Below are positions 15,985-25,500 of a stretch of 32,000 nucleotides of DNA, one piece after another. The DNA is taken from NCBI RefSeq assembly GCF_008065095.1, contig NZ_CP042911.1:780001-812000 (forward strand), in the 5' to 3' direction. The notes below the pieces were generated by a model. That model saw nothing but the letters and a program-made list of their open reading frames with translations. It had not been told where the DNA came from and did no database searches. This DNA is from Gemmata obscuriglobus (GTDB taxonomy: Bacteria > Planctomycetota > Planctomycetia > Gemmatales > Gemmataceae). Both the position numbers and the translations under genes were made by a program. Positions within the stretch are counted from its first letter, which is position 1, and the number at the start of each line of letters is the position of its first letter.

Positions 15985-17474
15985 TACTTTGCCCCACCAG
16001 CGAGCGGCACATCCTTTAATACGAACGGCACCTCCACCGACCGCGTGTAGGTGCCCCAGAAGGTGACCGTTGCGGGGGCGCGGGGCGCCTCCCTGCCGTC
16101 GAGCAGTTCGAGCGTCAACCGGGCGACGATCTGTCGCCCGGACGGGTCGAAGCCGCTCTGCTGGCTCGGCAGCGCGAGGTCGAACACGTTGCCGTCGGCG
16201 TCGGTGATGCGGACGCCCAGAACGCTGGAGTTGCTTCCGGCCGCGTTGAGCTTCGCGCCGGGCAGTTCGTCGCTTACGCGGGCGGGCTGCACCCGGAGCG
16301 GCTCGTATGCCGTCCTCACGTCCACGAACCGTTTGCCTTTCGCGTCGGTGCGCGGGGTGGCAGTCAAGTCGACGCCCGAAACCCCGCGCCCGCTGACGGT
16401 CTTGTCGCCGTCGAGCGCGACCGCCGCCAGCGCCTCCACGCCCGAGCGCGTGAGGCCGTACACCGAGCCGGTCAGCTCGCTCGCGGAACTCGCGTTGGTC
16501 TTCAACTTGACCAGCGACTGGCGGGCGTTAGGCGTGAAGTTCGGCCCGACCTCGAGCGGGTTCTGTGCGTTCGGGTTGACCACCGTGATCGACCCGTCCG
16601 GGTTGCGCACGACCACGACCCCGCCGCCGCGCAGCCGCTGGATCTGGGGCACGGCCGCCGGGGTGAAGTCCGGGATCACCTTCCGCTTTTCGGCGTCCGC
16701 GGCGTGGGCGACCTTCACGTCGGCGTTGGACTGCCACGACAGCTTCGGCTCGGGCCACACCTGGAGCACCGTTGCGGCGACGGAGCGCGACTCGGTCCCC
16801 TTCGGCAGCTCGAACGCCTCGACCATGACCGCGCCGTGAACGGACGCTGGGAACGGTTTGCCGTCGTGCGCTTCGAGCACGACCGTGTTGTTCGGGTTCC
16901 GTGCGGTGCGGACGGGCGTGCCGTCCGGCAACTTCCCCGGGCGCACGTTGTACGGCATGGCCTCGGGGGCGACGAAGCCGCCCGCGCTCGCCACCCGCAA
17001 CCGGCCGGCGGCGCACACCTTCTGCACCGCGACCCAGAACGGCACCTTGCCCGTCGCGACGGTGACCTTTGTGCCCGCGGTGTCGTTGGCCCGCGGCCCG
17101 CCGACGACCACCTCGCACCCGGCCTGTTTGGACAGCGCGGCCAGGACCGTGTCGAGGGGCGCGTCGGTCGCGTCGAGTTCGACGGTTGTGGGCGCGAGCA
17201 GTCGCTCGTTCGCGGCCCGGCGCTCGACCCTCTTTACGAGCTCTTTCGCGCGACCGGCCACCTCGGGGTTCTCGGACCGGGTCGCGGCGCGGAGCCCGGC
17301 GAGCGCGAGCAGGCCCATTTCGTCGAGGCGCTTGGTGGCGGCCTCGCGCTCGGCGAAGTCCTCGCTGCCGAGCGCTTCGATCAGCCGGGGGATGTCGCGC
17401 GGGCCGACCGGTTGCACCGGAGCGGCGCCCGCGACCGCGCCGAGCGCGACACAGAGGAGAAGTGCGGACCGCAT
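15984..17474 (-). CDS. Secreted hypothetical protein with N-terminal HEAT-like helical repeat
   Basis: The ATG at 17474 has GAGGG 5 nt upstream and gives the signal peptide MRSALLLCVALGAVAGAAPV. It is followed by IPRLIEALGSEDFAEREAATKRLDEMG and RSENPEVAGRAKELV, which are HEAT/armadillo-like, and then a long beta-rich region. No enzymatic motif is seen. Confidence 0.7.
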   Translation of the reverse strand: MRSALLLCVALGAVAGAAPVQPVGPRDIPRLIEALGSEDFAEREAATKRLDEMGLLALAGLRAATRSENPEVAGRAKELVKRVERRAANERLLAPTTVELDATDAPLDTVLAALSKQAGCEVVVGGPRANDTAGTKVTVATGKVPFWVAVQKVCAAGRLRVASAGGFVAPEAMPYNVRPGKLPDGTPVRTARNPNNTVVLEAHDGKPFPASVHGAVMVEAFELPKGTESRSVAATVLQVWPEPKLSWQSNADVKVAHAADAEKRKVIPDFTPAAVPQIQRLRGGGVVVVRNPDGSITVVNPNAQNPLEVGPNFTPNARQSLVKLKTNASSASELTGSVYGLTRSGVEALAAVALDGDKTVSGRGVSGVDLTATPRTDAKGKRFVDVRTAYEPLRVQPARVSDELPGAKLNAAGSNSSVLGVRITDADGNVFDLALPSQQSGFDPSGRQIVARLTLELLDGREAPRAPATVTFWGTYTRSVEVPFVLKDVPLAGGAK

Positions 17475-17560
17475 GATGCCCTCGCGGCGACGGGGAGCGA
17501 AGTTCCGCCCCCCAGCGTAGCGGGGCGCGGGCGCCGCGGGCAAGCACGCGGCCGGAGCAG

Positions 17561-17758
17561 TTACACGCCGGCGCGGGCCGCGGGCGGAGCGGGGGCCGAA
17601 GCGGCGCGCGGTTCGACACGCGCCGGCGGCGCGCAGTCACCCTGTTCGCGAAGGCCGTCGCAGCAGTGCAACTCGCCGGCCCCCGCGCACTCGGGGCACG
17701 GCACCCAGGACGCGCTCAGCAGAACAACATGTTTTCCGTAGCACCGCGGGCAGAGCAT
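17561..17758 (-). CDS. Small (65 aa) zinc-finger protein, DnaJ-type CxxCxGxG-like motifs
   Basis: The ATG at 17758 has a GAGGGA-like SD upstream. The sequence is MLCPRCYGKH...CPECAGAGELHCCDG. Third-position GC is high. The longer track ORF (to 17863) adds a non-conserved-looking extension. Confidence 0.45.
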   Translation of the reverse strand: MLCPRCYGKHVVLLSASWVPCPECAGAGELHCCDGLREQGDCAPPARVEPRAASAPAPPAARAGV

Positions 17759-17867
17759 CGCGTTCCCTCTCTGAACCGAGGACGGTCCCATTTGAAGAGG
17801 GGTGTTGTACCGCGCCGGGTGGACGTGTCGCAATGACCGTAGGGGTCGTGACGGCCGGGGCAACTGC

Positions 17868-18929
17868 TCAAACCGTCACCTGCTGCTCAGGCGCGGGCGG
17901 GGCGGACGAGGTGATGAGTCGGATGACCGCCCGGTTGCGCCCGTCGCTTTTCGCCTCTTTGAGCGCCCGGGCGGACACGTCGCGCAGTTGCTCGTAGGTC
18001 ACCGGCACCCCGGCCTCCGCGACCGCCACCCCGAGGCTGATCGTCATGCGGATCAGTTGGCCGTCGTAGACGGTATGAGCAGCCTGAACGTGAACCCGCA
18101 GCCGCTCGGCCAGCGCTTCTGCGCCGACGAGGTCGGTCCCGGGTGCGAGCACGAGGAACTCCTCGCCGCCGACCCGCCCGAGTGAGTCGGTCGTGCGGAT
18201 CGACGCCTGCAGAACCCCCGCGAGCCACACCAGCACCTGGTCGCCGGCGATCTGTGAAAACTCTTTGTTCACTCGGCCGAAGTGGTCGGCGTCGATCCAC
18301 ACGACCGCCAGCGGCCCCGGCATCCGCCCCCGGCGTTGGATCTCTTTTCGCGCGGCTTCGTCAATGGCACGCCGATTCGCCAACCCCGTCAGCGGGTCGG
18401 TCGCGGCCATCTTTTCGAGGATTTCATTCGCCTGCTGAAGTTTCCCGAGAGCGTGTTCCAGTTCCTGGGTGCGGGTTTGCACCCGCTGCTCCAGTTCGAG
18501 ATTCAGCTTACGCAACTCATCCAGAAGGTGTTCGTGGCTCCTCTCCAGGAGCAACGCGCGTGAAATTGCCCGCAACGTTTGCAGTAAATCCTCCGACCGC
18601 CACGGTTTGAGAACGAGACGGTGGACCTGACTGTGGTTGATGGCGTCGACCGCGTCTTGCATCCGGGCTGTTCCGGTGATAAGCACGCGGGCGGTGCGGG
18701 GGGCCGTTCGGCGCACCCAATCAAGAAGGAAGAGGCCCGTTTCATCCGGGAGCTGAAGGTCCGAAAGGACGATGTCAACGGACCGCTGCGTCAGAATCGC
18801 CCGCGCCTGAACCGCGGTGCAAGCCGTTGTAACGTCAAAATCCCCGCCGAGTTGCGCCGCGAGCACCGCGAGTATCGCGGGGTCGTCGTCCACAACCAGG
18901 ACCGAGCATTTGTACCGTGTGACGTTCAT
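17868..18929 (-). CDS. Response regulator receiver + GGDEF diguanylate cyclase (PleD/WspR-like)
   Basis: The REC domain reads VLVVDDDPAIL...DIVLSDLQLPDETG...KPW. A coiled-coil linker follows. The GGDEF domain reads DPLTGLANRR...IDADHFGRVN...GGEEF, with an intact I-site RTTD five residues upstream of GGEEF. The start at ATG 18929 (MNVTRYKCSVLVVDDD) is preferred; ATG 18971 is also possible. Confidence 0.9.
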   Translation of the reverse strand: MNVTRYKCSVLVVDDDPAILAVLAAQLGGDFDVTTACTAVQARAILTQRSVDIVLSDLQLPDETGLFLLDWVRRTAPRTARVLITGTARMQDAVDAINHSQVHRLVLKPWRSEDLLQTLRAISRALLLERSHEHLLDELRKLNLELEQRVQTRTQELEHALGKLQQANEILEKMAATDPLTGLANRRAIDEAARKEIQRRGRMPGPLAVVWIDADHFGRVNKEFSQIAGDQVLVWLAGVLQASIRTTDSLGRVGGEEFLVLAPGTDLVGAEALAERLRVHVQAAHTVYDGQLIRMTISLGVAVAEAGVPVTYEQLRDVSARALKEAKSDGRNRAVIRLITSSAPPAPEQQVTV

Positions 18930-19181
18930 GAACGGGCTCGCCCCCACCATCACAGGCGCTCGCGGGAGCACTGGGCATGTGGAGAAAGTTAGGACACCCC
19001 CGGCCGCCGTCTCGTTACCAGTACGAATTTAAACGAACGGGTTAGAAAAAGAGGGCAGGCGGGTTTCGCATTTTACAACTATCGAGGCGGCCGCGACCAG
19101 CCACACAACGAGAAACTTGGCAGTCGTGAAATGTGAATGGAGTTCGAACGAAGAAAATGCCGAATTTGTTTGTCTTGACGC

Positions 19182-19210
19182 TTGATAGGCGCGAAAAAAC
19201 CGCCTACAAT
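19182..19210 (+). promoter_or_regulatory. Near-consensus sigma-70 promoter TTGATA-17 nt-TACAAT
   Basis: TTGATA lies at 19182-19187, followed by an exactly 17-nt spacer and TACAAT at 19205-19210. It sits in a ~660-bp AT-richer divergent region and points toward the sigma-factor gene 383 nt downstream. Confidence 0.4.
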
Positions 19211-19592
19211 CGGGCTGTTTGATGGGGGAAAGTGCTTCGAGATACCATGCGACACACACTGTGCTGCCGCCGGTTCGTCTGAGTGACCTGCTCGCCCTTA
19301 CCTTCGCTGTGTCCTGTTCTCTGCGGCTCTTCGAGCGGCGAGTAGTGACGTGCGTCCACGGTGAGTGCGATTGTTCAACAGAATCGTCAACATACCAGCC
19401 CAAAGTGTAGTGAGGGCCAGGATCGGACGATACTGTTGGCTGTCAGGATATTCAGAACCGAACCGGGGGAATTTTTTTTCCCTCGCCACAATTCGCGCGA
19501 GACTCTGCGGCCACTGTGTCCCTTAAGTAAGTCTCGGCGCAAGACCCGGTAACCGTCCACGAACCTCTTTTGACGTAACAGGAAACGGCGCT

Positions 19593-20600
19593 ATGAAAAC
19601 TGCCAGGCGGAAGCGATCCGGCCAGTCCGCGAAGGTCGACGACACCGCGCTGACGACTTTCTCCTCGGACCTGCTGACGCCCGAAGAAGAACGCGAACTG
19701 CTCACCAGCTTCTGGGACTGCAAGAGTGAACTGGTTCGCGTCCTTCTGCGCCACTACCCGAACGACCTCCGCGCCGTGCGCCCGCCGCTGGAGCCGTGGC
19801 CGATGGCCCAGTTCATCCGCGAGCACTGCACCGAAGACCGGTGCGACGTGATCGCGGTCCGCCGCCTCCGCGACCGTTACGTTCACTACAAGCACCGGCT
19901 CGCCAGCGCCAACATCCGGCTCGCGGCCCACGTCGCCAAGCGGTTCCGGCACCACAGCCTCGCCTACAGCGACCTCCTGCAGGAGGCCGTTTGCGGCCTG
20001 ATGCAGGCGATCGACCGGTTCGACGTCAGCCACGGCACTCGCCTCGCCACATACGCGACGTGGTGGATCCGTCAGACGCTTCAGATCGCGGTTGCTCGCC
20101 AAAGTCACCTCGTGAGCCTGTCGCCTCACCACTTGCAAGAACTGGGCCTTTTGCAGCAGGAATCGGAGGCTCTTGCCCACGGCGGCAAGCACCTGCCCAG
20201 CCCGCAAGAACTTGCCAGCAGAACCGGCAGTTCGCTCGAACACCTCACACACCTCCAGACCGCTACCCGCACCCCGGTCAGCCTGAACGCCGTCCTTGAC
20301 GACGACAGCGATTTCAAGCTGACGGAAGCGATGCCCGACACCGGCACGCTGGTGATGCAGGAGAACAACGAGCGCCAGGAGGCCCTCAGCTTCTTGATGG
20401 AAAACCTGCGGCCGCGTGAGCGCAAGGTGCTGGACCTGCGATTCGGTCTCACCGGTAACGGGACCCACAGCCTGCGGCAGATCGGTCATCTGCTCCGGAT
20501 CTCGAAGGAGCGCGTGCGCCAGATCCAAAACCGGGCACTCGAAAAGCTCAAGGCCAACGCCGAACGCGTCGGCTGGGAGCCGACCCTGCTGCTCGAGTAG
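19593..20600 (+). CDS. RNA polymerase sigma-70 family factor (regions 1.2, 2, 3 and 4 present)
   Basis: Region 2 reads NIRLAAHVAKRF...YSDLLQEAVCGLMQAIDRFDVSHGTRLATYATWWIRQTL. Region 4.2 reads SLRQIGHLLRISKERVRQIQNRALEKLK. At 335 aa it is not ECF-sized. Confidence 0.9.
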   Translation: MKTARRKRSGQSAKVDDTALTTFSSDLLTPEEERELLTSFWDCKSELVRVLLRHYPNDLRAVRPPLEPWPMAQFIREHCTEDRCDVIAVRRLRDRYVHYKHRLASANIRLAAHVAKRFRHHSLAYSDLLQEAVCGLMQAIDRFDVSHGTRLATYATWWIRQTLQIAVARQSHLVSLSPHHLQELGLLQQESEALAHGGKHLPSPQELASRTGSSLEHLTHLQTATRTPVSLNAVLDDDSDFKLTEAMPDTGTLVMQENNERQEALSFLMENLRPRERKVLDLRFGLTGNGTHSLRQIGHLLRISKERVRQIQNRALEKLKANAERVGWEPTLLLE

Positions 20601-20637
20601 TTGAGTTGCTCTTAGCTGAGAACGCAGCGTAACATCA

Positions 20638-20677
20638 CGAGCCGCCAGACTATCGGTCCGGCGGCTCGCGGCGTTTT
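20638..20677 (+). terminator. Intrinsic-terminator-like hairpin after the sigma-factor gene
   Basis: CGAGCCGCCAGAC (from 20638) pairs with GTCCGGCGGCTCG (to 20668) with one mismatch and a 5-nt loop. It is followed by CGGCGTTTTG. Confidence 0.5.
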
Positions 20678-20733
20678 GAGCGCGTCGATGGTTGCAAGCG
20701 GTATGAGGATTTTGACGCTTCGGGCACATTCGC

Positions 20734-20752
20734 GGAGGTAATTATTACCTCC
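20734..20752. repeat. Perfect 19-nt palindrome GGAGGTAAT-T-ATTACCTCC
   Basis: Read directly from the sequence. It lies 51 nt downstream of the stop of the minus-strand gene 20803-21318, in the convergent gap with the sigma gene. Its function is unknown (terminator or protein-binding site). Confidence 0.6.
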
Positions 20753-20802
20753 CACCCACACCGAGTTCATCCGCAGCGATTTCTCGGTTGCGTGCGGCCA
20801 TG

Positions 20803-21318
20803 TTAAGCCGCAACTTGCCACTTTTCGGTGTCGAAGAAAACCGTCACCACGCCATCGGTGCGCGGCGGACCGCCGGTCGGAAGGTTCGTGTGCCGCCCGA
20901 TAACAACGCTCACCGCTCGCGGGTAACCGGGCTTGTCGCGGAACTTCGCGAGCAGCGATTGATCCGCGCTGACGGCGTTCGGATTACTCAAGAACGCGAA
21001 CGACACCGCGCCGAGGCGTGCGTCGGACGCCCCGCGCTCGCCGAGTTTCCAGAAAAGAAGGTCGGGCACTCGGGCGCCGGCATCCGGATCGGCCTGAATT
21101 AAGACGTGCCCCAGACCGCGGCGGACGGGCTCGGCCTGGTCCCACATCCGGCGGAACTCGTGGTAGAACTCCATCACGAACGACCGCTCGCGCACCTTGC
21201 GCGCCGCGGGCGGTTCTTCGGATTCGTCCGGGGTGTATTCCGTTCCGTGTGCCGCCGCAAACCGCGGGTGCATCAGGTTCAGGACGTCCGTAACGAGGGC
21301 GAGAAACGGGTCGGTCAT
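20803..21318 (-). CDS. Hypothetical protein (171 aa), no recognisable domain
   Basis: The ATG at 21318 has GAGGGA 7 nt upstream. The frame is uninterrupted and codon usage looks coding-like. No signal peptide or TM segment is present. Confidence 0.6.
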   Translation of the reverse strand: MTDPFLALVTDVLNLMHPRFAAAHGTEYTPDESEEPPAARKVRERSFVMEFYHEFRRMWDQAEPVRRGLGHVLIQADPDAGARVPDLLFWKLGERGASDARLGAVSFAFLSNPNAVSADQSLLAKFRDKPGYPRAVSVVIGRHTNLPTGGPPRTDGVVTVFFDTEKWQVAA

Positions 21319-21474
21319 AACGAGTCCCTCATTTCAAGAGCGAGGGGCTTAAAGCGTCGCGGCGCGAAGCGAACGGAGCTACTCAAACGATTGACGGGCC
21401 GAGCCGCAGTGTGAGCCCGTGAAAGCCCCCCCTGTCGTTGTAGGACAGCGGGGACGAGGGCGCGGCCCGTCACA

Positions 21475-22185
21475 TCACACCTTCACCCCGGCCAGCAGTT
21501 CCTTCCACTTCTTGACCCGGACCGCGTCGATCACGCCGTCACGTTTACCCGCCGCGCACGCGGACGTGCGCACCGCGAAGTAATCCGGCGCTACGCCCTT
21601 GAGCTGCTTCAACTGCTCGGGACGCAGCGAGCCCCCCACCACGACCGTTGTGTACACGCGCTTCAACCCGTCGACGAGCGCGGCGATGTCCTTTGCGGGC
21701 ATGAAGTCGAGCAGCGTTTTGCCGTCCTTGCCCCACGTGTCGAGCAGGAACGCCTTGAACCGGAACCGCTTCGCGAACTTCGCCACTTCGGCCGGCGGGA
21801 CCGACTTCGCGCGCTCCCAGTCGGCGTAGGCGACCGCGACCATCTCCGTCCCGATGGGCAACTCGCGGCGGGTGTCGAGCAGGTCTTCGCCCCAGCCCGG
21901 GGCCGGCGCGTAGCCCGCGAGGCCCCACTTCACGTACTGGAGCGGCAGTTCGAGGTGCCAGTGCGCCTCGGTGATGGCGTTCGGCGACCACTCGCCCAGC
22001 GCCGCGCTCACGGGCGCCTTGCCGTCCACCGCGTCAATGACCGCCGCAACGACCTCCGCTTCCGCCGGCGCCAGGGGGCCTTTCAGCGGCTCCTTCACGT
22101 CGATGACGTCCGCTCCGCCTTCCAGGGCCGCCGCCACTTCTGCCGCCGACCGCACGCTGACCAACAGTCCGGGCGTGGTGCTCAT
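21475..22185 (-). CDS. mfnB: MfnB-like 4-(hydroxymethyl)-2-furancarboxaldehyde-phosphate synthase family protein (DUF556-type TIM barrel)
   Basis: The ATG at 22185 (GGAAGGA upstream) gives MSTTPGLLVSVRSAAEVAAALEGGADVIDVKEP. The blocks FLLDTWGKDGKTLLDF and FAVRTSACAAGKRDGVID match the conserved blocks I recall from archaeal and methylotroph MfnB. The 122-codon upstream extension in the track is Arg/Pro-rich and unlikely to be coding. Confidence 0.75.
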   Translation of the reverse strand: MSTTPGLLVSVRSAAEVAAALEGGADVIDVKEPLKGPLAPAEAEVVAAVIDAVDGKAPVSAALGEWSPNAITEAHWHLELPLQYVKWGLAGYAPAPGWGEDLLDTRRELPIGTEMVAVAYADWERAKSVPPAEVAKFAKRFRFKAFLLDTWGKDGKTLLDFMPAKDIAALVDGLKRVYTTVVVGGSLRPEQLKQLKGVAPDYFAVRTSACAAGKRDGVIDAVRVKKWKELLAGVKV

Positions 22186-22565
22186 AACAGGGTGATTCCT
22201 TCCACCGCGAAGAAGAACGATCCGTTCGGGGCGGGCATGATAAGCGATCCGGCGCACATTTTGAAACCCGAACCGGCCCGGCGGGTGGCGCGCGAGCGTT
22301 CCCGGGCCGCCGGACCCCACCCGCGGGCGGGTGAGCCGAATTTGTTTTTGCGCCCGACACGAACGCCCGAACGCCGCGAGTGCGTGCCGGAGCGGGCGAA
22401 CGGTGTCCGCTCGCGCGAGCGGTTCAGCGGCGGCGCGAACCGGGGGCGCGAACCGGCCGGGGCTTTGCCAAACCTCACGGCCTGCTCTACAGACTATTAG
22501 CCCCTTACCCCGTCCGTCTCGCCCCCGCGGCGCGGCGGCTCGGCTCCCCAACGTGGCTCCGTGTT

Positions 22566-25500
22566 ATGCCGGTCCGACTGGTCAGTCACGAAGAGCTGCC
22601 GCACCCGCTCAACGGGTACCGGCTGATCGAGCGCCTCGGCCGGGGCGGGTTCGGCGAGGTGTGGAAGATCGAGGCGCCGGGCGGGATGCTCAAGGCGGCC
22701 AAGTTCGTGTTCGGCGACCTGGACGCGATGGACGAGGACAGCCGCCCCGCCGAGCAAGAGCTCAAAGCGCTCGAGCGCGTCAAGCTGATCCGCCACCCCT
22801 ACATTTTGACGCTCGAACAGTTCCGGGTGATCGACGGCCAGCTCATCATCGTGATGGAGCTGGCCGACCGCAACCTGTGGGACCGGTTCCGCGAGTGCCG
22901 GGGCCAGGGGCTGCCCGGCATCCCCCGCGACGAGCTCCTCCGCTACATGGAGGAGGCCGCGGAGGGGCTGGACCTGATGAACAACCACTACCAGATCCAG
23001 CACCTCGACGTGAAGCCGCAGAACCTGTTCCTGCTGTTCAGCCACATCAAGGTCGCGGACTTCGGCCTCGCCAAGGTGCTCGAGGGGGTGCGCGCGACGG
23101 TGACCGGCGGGGTGACGCCGGTGTACGCGGCGCCGGAGACGTTCGAGGGCTGGGTGTCGCGGTTCTCGGACCAGTACAGCCTCGCCATCGTGTTCCAGGA
23201 GCTGCTCACCGGGGCGCGGCCGTTCACCGGCTCGAACACCCGCCAGCTCCTGATGCAGCACATCAACGGCACCCCGGACCTGAGCGCGCTGCCGCTGGCC
23301 GACCGCGCCATCGTCGGGCGGGCGCTGTCGAAGCGCCCCGACGACCGGTGGCCCAGTTGCACGGAGCTGGTCCGCGCCCTGAAGACGAGCGGGCTGCCGC
23401 CGCCGCCCCCGACCCCGACCCCGGCGCAAACGCAGCCGGAGCCGCCGGGGCGGCCCCGCCGCGCCGTGCCCGGGTCGGGGGCGCCGACGATGCCGGCCGC
23501 GGCGGGCCACGCGCTGGCCGACTCGATCCAGGTGACGCGCGTGGCCGGCGGGGCCGGGCAACTGGGCGGCGCGGCCGCGCCAGGGCTCACGCCGCCGCCG
23601 ACCCAGCTCCCGCCCCTGATCAAGCCCGGGGGGAGCCCGGCGTACACGCCGCTGCCCGCGCTGGTGCCCCCGAGCCCCTCCGGCGGGCGGCTCGTGCCCC
23701 CGGGCTCGGCGGCGCTGAACCCCGCCCAGACGCTGAACCGCCCCGTCGTCATGCCGACCGGGCGGATGGGGAGCATGGGCATCGCGCCGCCGGAGCGGTC
23801 CGGGGACGGGGCGCTGTTCCCGGCGCTGGTGGTCGCCCTCGGCCACACCGGGCGGCGGGTGGTCGAGCAGTTGAAGCGCATCATCACCGACCGGCACGGG
23901 GCCGCCGAGCGGGTGCCGCACGTGCGCATCCTGCACATCGACACGGACCCGGGCGCCGGCGGGGCCGACGGGTCCGACCCCGCCGGGCTGACCGTGCGGG
24001 AGGTGGTCCCCGCGCGGCTGAACCGGTCCACCCACTACATGCAGCGGGACGGGCTGCCCCCGGTCGAGCAGTGGATGCCGACCGGGTCGCTGTACCAGCT
24101 GCCGCGGAACCCCGGGCCGGCGGCCGGGGTGCGGGCGTTCGGCCGGCTCGCCCTGTTCGACCACTACCGCGCCGTCGCGCAGCGGGTGCGCCAGGAGATC
24201 GAGACGTTCCTGACCGACGACCCGCTGCACCAAGCGGACAAGGCCACGAGCCTGGGGCTGCGCACCAACCGCCCGCGGGCGTACGTGATCGCGGGGCTGG
24301 CCGGCGGCACCGGGAGCGGCATGTTCCTGGACGTGGCGTACCTGCTGCGCCACGAGCTGCGCCAGGTCGGCTACCTGCGGCCCGAGGTGGTGGGGGTGTT
24401 CTTCGTGCCCCGCGCGGAGGTGACCTCCCCGCGCAACGCGGCGCTGGCGAACACCTACGCGGCGCTCGCCGAGCTGCACCACTTCCAGTCGAAGCGGACC
24501 CGCTACCAGACGGTTTTCGACAAGTCCGAGGCCCCGGTGACCGACGGCGAGCCCCCGTTCGCCCGGGTGATGATCGCGCAGCTCCCCAAAAGCGCCGACG
24601 AGGCCGCGGCGCGGCCGATCACCGGGGCGACGGCGCGGGCGCTGTTCCACGAGCTGCTCACCCCGACCGGGCGCGTCGCGGACGAGGGCCGCGACGTGTA
24701 CTGCCGGGCGTACCCGACCGACGCGCCGACGTGCCAGACGTACGGGCTGTTCCGGCTCAGCTGGCCGCGGCCCGAGGTGCTCGCGGCGGCCACCCGGCGG
24801 CTCGCGCAGCGCCAGCTCCAGCGGTGGACCGGGAAGGACGCGGCCCACCTGCGCGAGCACATCGCCGCGTGGCTCGGGCAGCAGTGGGCCGACCGCAACC
24901 TGGCGTTCGACGCGGTGGTCGAGGCGCTCCAGGGGGCGGCCCGGGCCGCCCTCCGCGAGGACCCCGAGAGGGTGTTCGACGCGTTCATCGATCCGCTCCG
25001 CACCCGCACCCCGTCCGGCGGGCGGATGGACGCCACGTCCGCCTGCTCGGTGCTCGACCAGCTCATCAAGCTGGTGGGCAAACCGGACATCGAGAACGAC
25101 CCGCAAACGGGCACCCTGCACGCCGCGATGAGCCGGAAGTTCGACGAGCTGGTGAAGGAAACCGAGGGGCACGTCTCGGTGATGGCGGCCACGTTCCTGG
25201 AGGTGCCGCAGTACCGGCTGCCGGGCGCCGAGGAGGCGGTGCGGCAGATCGCCGAGCGGCTGAAGGTGCAGGTCGACGCGCTGGAGGGGGTGCGGGCGGA
25301 CCTGGACCGCGAGGTGCGGACCGTGTACGCCCGGCTGTTCAGCGCGATCGGGAGCCTGGGCGGCACCGGCCTCGGCGCGATGGCGAGCCGCAAGGCGAAC
25401 GCCGCCGAGGTGCTCGACCACCTGCGCGCGTACCCGCGCAAGCGGCTGCAGCTGCACACGCTCGACCTGGCCCTGTCGGTGTTCCGCAAGCTGCTGGGGA

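Noticed and set aside
15985-16100. A fluoride riboswitch upstream of crcB
   Set aside because: This stretch is the coding 3' end of the upstream secreted-protein gene. I could not recognise the crcB-motif pseudoknot by eye. A covariance-model scan would be needed for a firm exclusion.
19219-19410. A 63-codon ORF starting just downstream of the TTGATA/TACAAT promoter (possible leaderless peptide)
   Set aside because: Its third-position GC is far below that of all confident genes here, and it has no SD or recognisable peptide features. It is kept only as a remote possibility inside the leader finding.
19569-19596. A second promoter-like string, TTGACG-16-TATGAA, immediately upstream of the sigma gene
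   Set aside because: Its -10 element overlaps the ATG start codon, so the transcript would begin inside the coding sequence. This is incompatible with the annotated start unless the true start is downstream, for which there is no support.
22186-22551. The 122-codon N-terminal extension of the mfnB-like ORF (track ORF 21475-22551)
   Set aside because: The extension is Arg/Pro/Gly-rich, lacks family similarity, and would consume the whole divergent promoter region. Family homology begins right at ATG 22185, which has an upstream GGAAGGA.
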